Shown here in pieces: positions 38,113 to 49,785 of a DNA stretch of 64,000 nucleotides. The notes below the pieces were generated by a model. The model was given only the letters and a program-made list of their open reading frames with translations, did not search any database and had not been told where the DNA came from. Within the stretch, counting starts at the first letter, position 1. Each line of letters starts with the position of its first letter. The DNA lies in assembly GCF_000315625.1 (NCBI RefSeq), contig NW_005434655.1, forward strand, positions 618,807 through 682,806. Reading direction: 5' to 3'. Origin of the DNA: Guillardia theta CCMP2712 (lineage: Eukaryota; Protista; Cryptophyta). The position numbers and the translations under genes are program-made.

Positions 38113-39300
38113 GAATAGTGATGATGATAGTGATGGTGGTGATTATGATTATGAATATGATTATGATGGTGATGGTGATGGTGATGGTGATGGTGATGAG
38201 AATGGGAGGAGGAGGAGGAGGAGGATGAGCAAGGGGAGGATGGTTGGGATTAGATGAGATTGGATGGGATGATGTGAAGGAAAAGAGGAGGAGGAGGAGG
38301 AGGAGGAGGAGGAGGAGGAGGAGGAGGAGGATGAGCTTCTGACCTTCCTTGTGATGAGTCTCACATAGACTTGACTAGCAGCTGTGAAGGTGAAGGCCCC
38401 ATCACGAAACCTTGAATCCTCTGCAGCAGTCAAATCATTTCACTTCCTCAGTCAACTTCAGTCTCCCCTCTCCTCCTCTTTTTCCCTCCTCTCCCCTCCT
38501 CTCCCCTCCTCTCCTCTCCTCTCCTCTCCTCTCCTCTCCTCTCCCCTCTTGTCTCCTCCTTCCATTTCCCCTCCTCTTTCTCCTCTCTCCTCTCTCCTCT
38601 CTCCCCATTCTCACCAATCGACGCAAACTCTCCGAAATAATCTCCACTCGAGAGGAAGACTTGAGTCTCAATGCTATCCCCGGAGTCTGAAACCACCTTG
38701 ACGCTTCCTCGTAGAATGATGTAAAGGCAGTCGACAATCTCTCTCTCTGTAGCCACCACCTACAACCCTCCGTCATGATCGCGCTCTCCTCCAACTCCCG
38801 CTCCCGCTCTTTCCCCCCTCCCTCATGCGCGCCTGCTCCTGCTCCTGCTCCTGCTCTTGCTCCTGCTCCTGCTCCTCCCTCCGTCACGCTTGCATTCTAC
38901 GCGTGCATCCCCCCCCCTCCCTTTCCTCCTTTCCCTTCTCCCTCCACCATACGCGCTTCCTCCTCCCTCACCTCGTTCAGCCTCAGCAGCATGTACTCGG
39001 CCTCCAGGATAAGCGCGCACAGGAAGCTCGGCAGGAAGGGGCTTGAGACCTATAGAGCAAGGCGACACGTCATCTCAAGATCCTCCGACCATCGTCAAGA
39101 CCGTTGAGAAGACGGGCATGCCAGCAAGAACTCCCCGGTCGATGCACTGAGCGAGTTTCTCCCTGAGGTCATCCGGGAGAGATTTCATTAACTGTTTGTT
39201 CTGTGTCAGATGCAGCAACCCTCTCCTCCTCCTCGGTGTCGTCATCACACACGTAAGGCATCCAACGAAAGCAACTGGCAAACATTGCAACTACAACTAC

Positions 39301-39383
<83 letters not shown>

Positions 39384-40587
39384 CTCCATCTTTTAATCTC
39401 TCACCTTCAAGGTTTCTTCCTGATCTTGATCGATGGTGTGAGAGAAATTCACCCACGACAAGATTTCCTCGTACAGAAGCTTGTCGCAATTACACGCCTG
39501 CAATGTGATCTTCGCATCTTCAAGCCGCTCCTTCCTTGAGTTCCCTGACAACCAGTCAACTCCCTTGAACACGCGTTGACATCCAGACTTCACCTCTCGC
39601 GTTCATCTTCACGACTGTCTCCTGCATTTCACTGACAAAGACCGCAAAGCACGTCGTTCCGATCCACAGCAAGAAGATACAAAAAAGTCTCTCGGCCGTG
39701 TTAGTCCCTGTCACATCTCCGAACCCCACCTGAGCAGCACATCAACTCTCTCACAACATCTCAACTTGCACTCCACCCACCGTCGTGAAGACCGTGTTCA
39801 CAAAGTATGCTGAAAGAATGTACTTGCCCCACAGATCTCCGTCGTCGAGCCCGTATGACGACACGAAGTCGACCAGGCTTTCGTTAGTCAGCTCCTTGAC
39901 CAGCCAGAAGGCGCAGAGGCAGATGTGTGCGAGGACGACGAGGGTAACTAGCAGGTACAGAGCCTTCCTGACCCACAGGCTGAAGGAGGAGTTGTACTCG
40001 CTGATGGAAGACATCATCCTGATAAGGCGAAGCAGGCGGAACACTTTGATCATCCTCAGCGGGCGAAGCATGCGCAGGGGCGCCCGAGCGAAGATGTAGC
40101 CGAAGTCAGCATACGAGAGGTCCGTCTCCTGCTTGCAGATCCCCAGCAGCACGAAGAACTCGACCCACGAGATCGGAGCCGTTGTGATCGCATCGAAGAT
40201 TAAGGAGCCTCTGAGGTATGAAGACGCTACGACATTAAGATCGTCCACGTACTCCCCGTCCACACGGTAGAAGCCAGTGAAGAAAGCCAGCGCAAGCTCG
40301 ATGACGAACACAGCTTCTGCCGCCATGTCGACCGGCAGCTCGATGGGCCTTGGACACACCGGTCGGTTCCACAAGAAGGAAAGCTGGATGGGTGTGGTGA
40401 TACAGCAGTAGATCAGTGCTACTCCTGACACGAAGGCCAGATTCTTGCTGAAGGGAGACAGCGGATGGATAAGTCGAGACCCTCCTCGTCTTCCGATTCC
40501 GCCATGTATGCCAAACACTCGTCGCACAATCGATGTGGAACGCTGGCTTAGCTGCCAAGCCTGGAAGTGTGATCCGGGCTGATACAT
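36499..40587 (-). CDS. Six-TM potassium channel with cyclic-nucleotide-binding (homology) domain (KCNH/CNG/AKT-like); multi-exon, N-terminus probably extends upstream
   Basis: S1-S3 hydrophobic helices with FFTGFY..YLRGSLIFDAI; S4 LRMLRPLRMIKVFRLLRLIRM; pore YFVNTVFTT|VGFGDV split by an intron; C-linker LMKSLPDDLREKLA; CNBD CLYIILRGSVKV..LSSGDYFGEF. Confidence 0.9.
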
Positions 40588-41235
40588 GCTTCAATGTGTT
40601 TGCGGGAGCTAGAAGCAAGAGTGACAAGAAAGGGCTGCTGTCAGATGGTCGCAACTTGTCAAGCTTCTGTTGATTGGACCTTGCTCACACGTCCGTCGTT
40701 CACCTCCAGACTGTTATCCTTCAAACGCCATGGTGAACTTCACAGCTCCGTGCCGCAGAGTTCTGTCGTCACAACTCATCATCTCCACCCAATCTCAGCA
40801 GAACATGAGTGGTCTGACTTCTCTTGTCCTTGTCCTTGTCCTTGTCCTTGTCCTTGTCCTTGTCCTTGTCACGATACGATTCCGTCCATTCTTGGCTTTG
40901 ATGTTCACGTTGACTTTGGACCCTTTGAGGGGGGTGGTGGTGTCAGGTGGTAACGTCATATCAACATCATGGGTGGTTTCCCTAGGGGTACTTGGAGGGT
41001 AATGGAGGGGTACTGGAGTCATCATGACCGTTGTAAGATGGGGTACAAGGGGCAAACGACAGGAGGGTGGGGGTGGAGGGTGACGGGGTAGTTGTTTTTC
41101 TTTGTGACCCCAGGACTACCCGGTCATTGCCCAACCAAAAGGGGGGTAGTTGGTCACAACCTGGAAGTCAAAAAGCCAACTTAACTTTGTATGGACCTTA
41201 TAATTTACCTAAGTTTCACCGGACTGGACAGCTCC

Positions 41236-41280
41236 TGATTGTGCTCGTACTTTGTTTTACTTAACTTTGAGTAAAGAAGT
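41236..41280 (+). repeat. Copy 2 of the dispersed ~40-bp conserved intergenic element
   Basis: TGATTGTGCTCGTACTTTGTTTTACTTAACTTTGAGTAAAGAAGT. Confidence 0.8.
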
Positions 41281-41409
41281 ATCGAATTGTGGCTGGCGGA
41301 CTCAGTGAGTCGGATGAAACCCGGTGGCCGGGCCCGCCGCCGGGTTACAAGTGTAAAAGATAAAAAAAGAAACCTGACATGGCACCATCTTGTTTTGCGC
41401 GATGAGGAG

Positions 41410-42572
41410 ATGGCGTGCGTGGCGGGGGCGGGGGGGGGGGGAAGGGGGACGAGCTGGTTGTAGCTGAGATGAGAGAGCGACAATGCTGACATAGTCACTG
41501 CCTTCAACAATCCTGACATCACAACTTCCTTCAACATGGCATCACCAGCTGATGAAGATGGGTCCTGGACGTTGTTCACCCTGGATGTGAAATCGTTGCG
41601 TCAGAATGGTCCAAGTTGCGGCCTTGTAGCATTGCGGATGGCGTCTGTCTTTGTTTGCAGCAAGGAGACGGGAGGAGAGAATGTTCCCAGTGTCCAGGAT
41701 ATTCTGAAAGTTGCGACAGAAAAGGGTTTCAGCAGAAAAGGGGAGATTTTCTCCTGCCAACATCTTGCGGTGATTTGCGCATTGCATTACATTAAGGATC
41801 TCACGTTATCCAGGCATTGGGAAGAGAAGTCTGCAATGTATCAGCAGATGTCATCGAGGATCCTTCGACTGAATTGATTTGCTCCGCGATCTCCTATGGA
41901 AAACCAGTGCTGATCGCCTACGACGCTGACAAGGACAACTCTCCCTGCCTCCTGCAAGGTGGGTCCCTTGTCTCGAGGTCTCGCTAGTTGAACCAGAGGT
42001 CTCTTCACAGGTGCTCGAGCTCATTGGGCAGTAATCTGCGGGGTGGCGTTGCCCAGCACGGCTGGCCTCTCCGATCGGCTCGGGCCCCTCCTGGAGAAGG
42101 TGAAGGAAGTCGAGCAGGGTCGTACGAAGCTGGAGGTATTCGTGGTCTGATAGCTTCACTCAGCCCCTCATCTGCTTTTTCCCAGTGCTGCAAACAGTCG
42201 TCTCCTTTCACGGAGGAGGGTCGAGGAGTATGCTGCTGCTGCACCTGGTGCTCGGGTACGTCGCTGGGAACCCCAAGGGAGAAGGCAGACAACAGGGTCA
42301 TGGGGATATGTCTCCATGGAAAAGTGAGTACTCCCTGGGTAAGGAGAAGGAGGTATTGACCCTGAACTTTCCAGAGCTCCAGGCTGAACTTTTGGGACCT
42401 GGAGTCCCTGTTGGCGTCCAATGCAAACTTGGCGCAGCCGAGGTCTGACTTGAGCAGAGGTGAGGGTTCCACCAGGGTGTTTGTTTCGATTCTGATCTCA
42501 CTGGCAGTTGAGATGGTTGTTCCTGAGGGACTGGATGGCCTCAAATGCAAAATGATTGTGATCTCGATGTAA
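41410..42572 (+). CDS. ACTMAP: Actin maturation protease-like (C19orf54/UPF0692, C39-like cysteine peptidase), multi-exon
   Basis: RQNGPSCGLVALRMA (catalytic Cys), KGFSRKGEIFS, PVLIAYDADKDNSPCLLQG|ARAHWAVICG (catalytic His) and LHGKS, all in the order found in ACTMAP. Confidence 0.85.
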
Positions 42573-42659
42573 GTAGATTGACCTCAACCTGTTTGTTCCA
42601 AGGAAGTAGTATATTTGTATTTGTTTGAACGAAGTTTGGTAGAGATACAAGCCCATGCT

Positions 42660-43104
42660 TTAAAATTTAAACAACAAGATAGCCAGGTTTCCATTCAGAA
42701 ACATGTACAAGAGCGAATTTCTTTCACACATCACCTCAAATCCAAAGCCCTGCACTCATATCAGCTCAAAAAGATCAGGGGAAAGGTCACTCTACCTGTC
42801 CAATTATACAATGCCAGTTGGGTGCGAATTTCTTGTCCATCGTCTCTTTCACCACCTGGAGGGTAGCCGTGAGCTCCAGATACTACCACAAGAAGAAAGA
42901 TGATAAAATTCCCACCTTTGCAGCGAGGTCATATTTGTTTTGAAATTTCTCCACAGAAGATACAATCACTTCAACTGCCTCTGCTCTCATCTCCTCCTTC
43001 ATGTCTGTATGCTTGTATGCAGACAAGTCAGAGCCGTAACAAGCTCTTTGTTCACCTCTTACCCGAACAAGAGGATAATTCATCTCCTTTCTTGCTTCCT
43101 CCAT
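42660..43104 (-). CDS. DNAL4: Dynein axonemal light chain 4 (LC8 family); may have an extra 5' exon up to about 43359
   Basis: Spliced product NYPLVR|HTDMKEEMRAEAVEVIVSSVEKFQNKYDLAAK|VVKETMDKKFAPNWHCIIGQ|GFGFEVMCERNSLLYMFLNGNLAILLFKF matches the DNAL4 pattern. Confidence 0.9.
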
Positions 43105-43738
43105 TCTTAATCCAGTATCTATCAATCTGAGTTAGTCAGAGCACCAGCAACTGAGCAAATATCGTCCTCTTTGAATGATGCAAATGAAAGCAATTGATGA
43201 CCACTGTGATGAATTGTGTACAGTTTCAGGATCATGAAAGTCAAGGGGACTTGAACAGAACATGAGGAATCGCATCCTAGTTCATCATCTTCTCAGTCAA
43301 AAGCTCTTTCTCTCCGATGATTCCTCCATTCTCTTTGCTCCCCTTGTCCGCTGACCATGGCCTACTCTAGTCAAAGAGACCAACCGCCGTTAACCGGAAC
43401 GTAACGGCGCCCTCACACAACAGTTACATTATCCCCCAGTGTAACGGAATAGGCTTTGTGAGGGTTGGCCTGTCCCTGCTCTCTATTTCCGCCATCGATG
43501 GCCAAGTGACCGCACCGTCCTGCTGCTCCTGCTCATTCTACTCCTCCCTCTCCTCCTCCTCGTTCTTCCCCCTTCACTTGATCTCATCGTCCTTGAACCT
43601 CTTCTCCTGTCCCTTTCTGTCGTACTATCCTCCTGCTCGCCTCCGGGCTATACACCACTCTCTTCCCACTCGGAGTTACATCTGAAAACCTCTCTCTAGC
43701 ATGTCGAGCCATTCTAGCGTGCAAGGTAAATAGCCTCA

Positions 43739-45062
43739 ATGGAGCGCTTTGCACCTTACTCACTCTTCCTCAAAGCAGGACACGACCTGGTTGTGAAGCA
43801 TCCGAGGAGACAGGGCGATGTCTTCAGATGGTCTGTGGCTATCACCTCTGCGATTATGTTTCTGGTGTTGTTCGCATGCTATGGCAGCAGCAGCAGCAGC
43901 AGCAGCAGCAACGATACGGCTCGTTCCTTTCTGCTTGCAAAGCAGCTGCAGACCAAGGGAACGAAGCGGGCGGGCGAGGCGTCTGGGTCTTCATTCCTTG
44001 CGCTTCCAGCCGGGGAACCAGCTTCCATCGACATCATCCTCGGCAGGAACGACAGGATGATGCAGGACCAGGAGCTCCTGGCCAGCCTGGAAGCACAGTC
44101 GCAGCAAGTGAGGTCGGAGCTCGCAGATGCCAGGAAGGAGTCCCTTGCTCTGGTGAAGCAGCAGGTGGACGACAAGAGAAGCATGCTGCAGCTACTTGCA
44201 AGGCAGAAGAGCCTGGTTCAGGACATGGGGGAAGTCAGCCGTGCCGGGAGTTTTGCTGGGGATGAGAGGAAGGCCGTCAGTGGTGAGCTCTCTCGTTGTT
44301 GTTGTGACTGCTACTTTAGAAGCATGTTTTTCTCCCCCCCCTCCTCCCTCTGTCCTCCCTCTCTCCTCCCTCTCTCCTCCCCCTTCGAGGCTCCTCTTTC
44401 TCCCTCCGTTCCCGTTCTCGCACTCTCCCACTTCCATCTCTCTGCCTGTTCTCTCATTGTCTTTTGTCCTGCTGAATGGCTCATATCGATCTCTAGTGAT
44501 GTGCACCTTGTCTCTTATGTTCCACCCCTGCGTTATTTCCCCCCCTGCATCCTGACTGTTTCCTTCTCTCCTCTCCTCTCCTCTCCTCTCCTCTCCATGT
44601 CCTTTTCTCTCCTCTCCTCTCCTCTCCTCTCCTCTCCATCTCCTTTTCTCTCCTCTCTCTCCTCTCCATCTTCTCTTTGTCTCTTCTCTGTCTCTTTCCT
44701 TCCCCTTCCTCTCTCCTTTCTTCTCTTCAGGTCATGGAGCATCTTCAGCTCAGCAGCAACAAGCAGGTAGCTGCGCGCTGTCTTCTGATATTTATGTTTC
44801 AAGCCCCTCTCTCCCCCCCCTCCACCCCCAAACCTATCTTTTTCCTTGTCTCCTGATCACCTCCTCCTTCGCAAGCTCACTCTCCCTCTTCCTCGTCTTG
44901 TTGTATCCGTCAGCTTTTTCTCATCCTCGCGATCTTCTCCCTCCCCTCGCTCGTCTTTCCATCCTTCTGCTAATCATTTGCTAGCAGGCGACCAAGTCAT
45001 TCATCGAGGGCCTCCGTAAAGGATCGTGGGCACGTCGTAGTTCAACATCTTATTGTTTATAG
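43739..45062 (+). CDS. Hypothetical type II membrane protein with lumenal coiled coil (about 3 exons)
   Basis: Single hydrophobic helix WSVAITSAIMFLVLFACYG, poly-Ser, then coiled coil; downstream exons VMEHLQLSSNKQ and ATKSFIEGLRKG..; CT-rich introns. Confidence 0.55.
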
Positions 45063-45832
45063 AACAGTTGTCTGTGACAGTGTGGGCAAGGTCTTCACGG
45101 AAGAGGAGAGCGCGATGGAGGCATACTGGGCGGGAGGGTGAAGGGAAAACCAGGAGGGAGAAGGTGTGAGGTAGGTAGATAGGGAGGAGGAAACAGGAGA
45201 GGAATGAGCCGGGAAGACGAGGATAGGAAAGATGGGCATAATGCAAATAGCAAGTCTCTTGCCTTGAGAAACGACAAAACAGGTCAAGAGAAACTTTCGA
45301 AGTTGCCAAACACAACTATCCAACCAAACACAACTATCTAACCAAACCTCTTACTCAACGTCTGTTCTTCCGCATCCCTCTCCCTCTCCCTCCCCTCTCC
45401 CCTTCTCTCCCCTCTCCCCTTCCTCCCCACATCTCCGGAAGCATCGCCGGCATGTAACTAAACTTTCCCTGTCACATTCTGCACCCCGTGAAATTGTGAA
45501 ATCCCCCCGACTCATTTCGTTCCCGTTCCCAAGTCCCTCCCTCCCCCCTCCCTCCCTCCCTCCCCCGTTCCCCTTCTCCACCTTCGCGCTTCCTATCTTC
45601 CTCTCCTCGCTTCTTCTCCTCTCTCCTCCTGTCCTCCCCTCCCTCCCCTCCCTCCCTCCCTCCCTCCCTCCCCCTCTCAGATCTCCAGCTCCTCCCCCCT
45701 CCTTCTCCCTCCCTCCTTCTACCCCCCGGTTCCCTCCTCATTCTGCACCTCTAGACACGAGCAGATCTCTCCCTCCTCTCTCCCTCTCTCCCCTCACCTG
45801 CCACTTTAATTAGATGCTTCTGTCTCCTCCAC

Positions 45833-48800
45833 ATGTCCTCTCAGTGGAACTTTCGCACATGTTCGGTGCTGCTGCTGCTCCTCCTCCTTCTCGATCGCTC
45901 CATGAATCATGCCATCGAAGTGACCAACTTCATCGTCGAGCGATTCGATGCTCCGAACGAGTCGTTGTTGGTCCTGTCCTACAGCATTGAAAGTCGGCGG
46001 GCAGAACTTCCACGCTGTGGAGGCCTGAGACTTTCATTCCATGGCATTAGCAGCTTGTTGTTTGCGAACATGACGAGAGTCAGGTTGTTTGACAGTGAGA
46101 ATGCGATCTGCGATGACTGTGAGCTCGTCGTACCTCGAACAAGCTTGACGTGCGTCAAGTATGCAAGGCTGACCAGCCAGCACTGGAGGGAGCAGGTCAG
46201 GTATGTAGAGGCACACGTCATGCAGGGAGCAACAGCTGCCAGCATCGGCACGTCCCAGCTCATTGAGGGCGAATGGTGTGTGAGCAGCTCGCAGCCGTAT
46301 GCTTGCGCTCCTGACATCTTTCCCAGCATCCATGGCAGCATCGAGGAGCTGGCAGCAGCACGGCAGCAGCAGAGGCTCCTGACGTCCATGCACAAGGGAC
46401 GGGGGCAGGGGTGGGGGCGGGGGCAGGTGGAGCAGCAAACTTTCATGCTGTGGTGGCTACCCGTGGAGGATTATCTTGTGTTCCAACCTGACCGGTCGCG
46501 TGCTCGCCGTCTCACGTTGTTCTCTCCCCTCCAGCACAGCGTCCATGGCTCCTCCTCCTTGGAGTTGGCGTACCAGGTCGACGACCCACCTCCTCGCTTC
46601 CTCGTTCAAGTGCTGCTGCAAGACACGGAAGTCCTCTCCTCCCGTCAAGCATACCATGCAGAGACTCTCAAGGGCATCCCAGCAGGGGAGCACCTCCTCC
46701 GACTCCGCCTGATCGTGTTCGAGGCCCAGGAAGGGGCCGAGAGCACGGTCATCGACCTTGACGAAAGCTTGTACGAGGAGGTAACCGTCGATCTCAAGAT
46801 AATCTCAGGTTCCTTCTCCCCCCCTTCTCTCCTCTCCTCTTCCCCTCCACTTCCCTTCTCTTCTTTCCCCTCCTCTTCCTTTCTCTTCCCTCCCCTCAAC
46901 TTCTTTTCTCTTCCTCCCTCTCACCTTCTCTCCTCATGCTCTCCCTCTCCCTCCTCAGACTCTATCCGGTCTGCTCCCGTCTCCTTCAGCCACCCCAAGA
47001 TGGAGTTGACCTGCCACGGGCGCTTCTCTCGCTTCTGGAAGCACCAGTACGTCTCATCCTGCTCCTGCTCCTGCTCCTGCTCTCTCGTCAGATCGCTTAC
47101 TCCTCCACCTCCTCTCTAGCTGCAAGAACGTCGTGTTCTCCAGCACCAGCTCTCAGGCTTTGTTGAGGTTTCTTCCGCTCCGACAGGAGGCAGACGAAGA
47201 GGGTGAGGCAGCAATTGAACTTTCTTCATCCTCCGTTGTCCTCGTCCTCGTCTTCATACCTTTCTCCTCCTCCTCCTGCTGCTCCTCCTCCTGCTGCTCC
47301 TCCTCCTGCTCCTCCTGCTCCTCCTCCTGCTCCTGCTCCTCCTCCTCCTAAGTCAGTGACAAACCTGTTCGCAGTCTGCTTCCTTATCTCCTACATCTTC
47401 CTGCGGGAGCTGCAGGATCAGGACGCAGCCCCGCTGCTCCGGCTGGAGGAGCTGAAGGAGGAGGGAAGAGGAGGAAGTCTTGCCTTGTCCAGCGGGGAGG
47501 TATCCAGAGGGTGTGTGCTGGTTCCGCCGCTCGAGAGCTCCAGCGATCGTCTTCTGCATGCTACTCTGCTCGACGCGCAAGGGGAGCCAGTGGAAGGAAG
47601 CACCTTCATCCTCCACTTGTCCTATCCCGAGGCCCTAAGGAGGTCCGGAGGCAACCTGTCTGCTCCTGCTTCTCCTTCTCCCACTGCTGCTGGTCCTCCT
47701 CCTCCTCCTCCTCCTCCTCCTCCTCCTCCTCCCTCTCCCCCCGACGCATCCCAAGGAAGCTCCAAGACCGCCTGGGTCACGTTGGCTGCTACCGACAGCT
47801 ACGCCGTTGGCGCCCTGCTCGCCCTGCGCTCCATCCGGTGACAACCCGCGCAATTGTCAACCTCCTGAACCTCAGCTGAATGGCAGCTGGGCCTGTCGCG
47901 GTCGTGCTTCAAGAGACTTTGTCATCCTGGCGTCGAGAGAGGCGAGTCAGCACGCGCAGTTACGCCCACCTGACGTCGAGCTTGAGACCAGCTGCTTTGG
48001 AAGCAGCAGCTGGAGGAGGAGGCGAGAGTCGAGGGCTTCCTCATCCGTTGGGTCGACCCGATCAGGTCGAAACTCCCCCAGCTCGATAGCCGCAACGAGC
48101 TGGAACTGGTGAGCTGGGCCCAAGCTGGGGTGTGCGAGTGACTCGGGGCAGGGATACTCGAAGCTCCACCTGTGGCAGCTCGTCGAGTACCAGCGGGTCT
48201 TCTACGTGGATGCTGACAGCCTGGTGAGCTGCGGGCCAGCTGACTGCCCAGCTGTTGACCTGAAGGCTCTTCCCAGCTCTTCAGCTGCCCAGACGAGCTC
48301 TTCGACGGCTCTCAAGGCTTTCTTGCTGGCTCCTCCCCCTCCGCTCCGCCCGACGGTGACCTGCGACTCTCTTGCCCTCGCTGCTCTGCTCACCCGCCAG
48401 CTGCAGTCCAATTCAATGACCATCTAGGAAGGAAAGTTCTCCGTCACTCTGCCGCAACTCTGGCCATCGCCACCTGCATCATGATCCTGACGCCCTCCCT
48501 CGCCACCCATCAGCTCCTCCAACTCTACGCCGAGTCAGCGCAATCCTTCGATGTGACGTCTCCCGCATCTCCTCCATTTAGTCCTCCCCCCCCCCCACTC
48601 CTCCTCCTCCTCCTTCTCCTCCTTCTCCTTCTTCTTCTTCTCCTTCTCCTTCTCCTTCTCCTCCTTCTCCTTCTTCTTCTTCTCCTTCTCCTTCTCCTTC
48701 TCCTCCTTCTCCTTCTTCTCCTTCTCCTTCTCCTTCTCCTCCTTCTTCTCTTCCTCCTGAAAATCTGTTTCTCGTTCTGTCCTTAACTTTCGTGACTCTG

Positions 48801-49694
48801 CTTCCTGCGCTGACCGCGCAAGCACAGGGTTCGGATCGCGGGCTGTTGCTCCCTTTCGTCGATTCCTTCCTACCACCCACCGTTGTAGCGTGGAAGAGGA
48901 CGGTACATTCTATTCTATGTTCACCGCACTCCTCTGCCTCCTCCTGTATACTTCCCTCCTCCCACTCTCTACTTCTTCCTCCCTCTCTACTTCCCTTGTT
49001 TCTTTCTCCTTCCTGTTCCTAGTCTCCTAGTCCTGCATGATCGCTGACGTCTCTTGCTCAGGCCGGTCTCTTCAAGCACATCTGGTCCGATCCTCATCTC
49101 CCAATTATGGGAGTCGATTACAGTGGCGTGCCGAAGCCATGGCAGGAAGGGAATGACAAGAGAAGGAGGAGGAGGAGGAGGAGGAGTTGCGCTGGGGGGT
49201 GCGGGGGTGCGAGGTGGTAGAGAAGAGGAGTAGGAGAACGGAATAGGTGGAGGGTGTGGCGGAAGAGGAGGAAGGGAGGGGGTAGGACTGAGTTTGCCCC
49301 AGGTGGTCTTCGCCATTTGATCCGATCGACAAGCAGAACTACTGGCCCATCCTGCTTGAGTGGTGGGAGGAATACTGGTGAGAGGAGCCGAGAAAAGGGA
49401 AGGGAGAGTGAGGGGAACGGAGGAAGGTCACTTGGAGCAAGGGCCATAGAGAGGAGGAAGGGGATGAGGTTGATTCGAGAGCAGGAGCTACAAGGGAGTC
49501 TTTCCCCATGAAACGCCGACAAAATGGGCAGCGACGAAGAGCATGTATCAGGTGATGACAACAAGCAGTAAAGTCGCACAACACTGTAGCTTCCGGTGAC
49601 ACTTTCGACTTTCAGGAGGCCACCACTGGAGCGCAGGAGGAGGAGCAGAGATAAGACCAGGACAGGCCCCGACTCCCTCAGAGAGGACACGTGA
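45833..49694 (+). CDS. Secretory-pathway glycosyltransferase family 8 (glycogenin-like catalytic domain) with a long N-terminal extension; multi-exon
   Basis: N-terminal hydrophobic signal (VLLLLLLLL); AWVTLAATDSYAVGALLALRSIR; YSKLHLWQLVEYQRVFYVDADSL (DxD); SFD|GSDRGLL; DYSGVPKPW. Confidence 0.8.
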
Positions 49695-49785
49695 AACAGA
49701 TAAAATATTTTGACTGTTCTCGACCAGGAGGAAGGGTCATATCCCACTGAAGATACTTTCCTCGTCCCCTCTCTCGTCCTCCCTC

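Noticed and set aside
45306-45347. 18-bp direct repeat CCAAACACAACTATC(C/T)AA x2, and other small duplications (25620-25720, 32630-32670, 35185-35370)
   Set aside because: These are ordinary slippage duplications in intergenic or intronic DNA.
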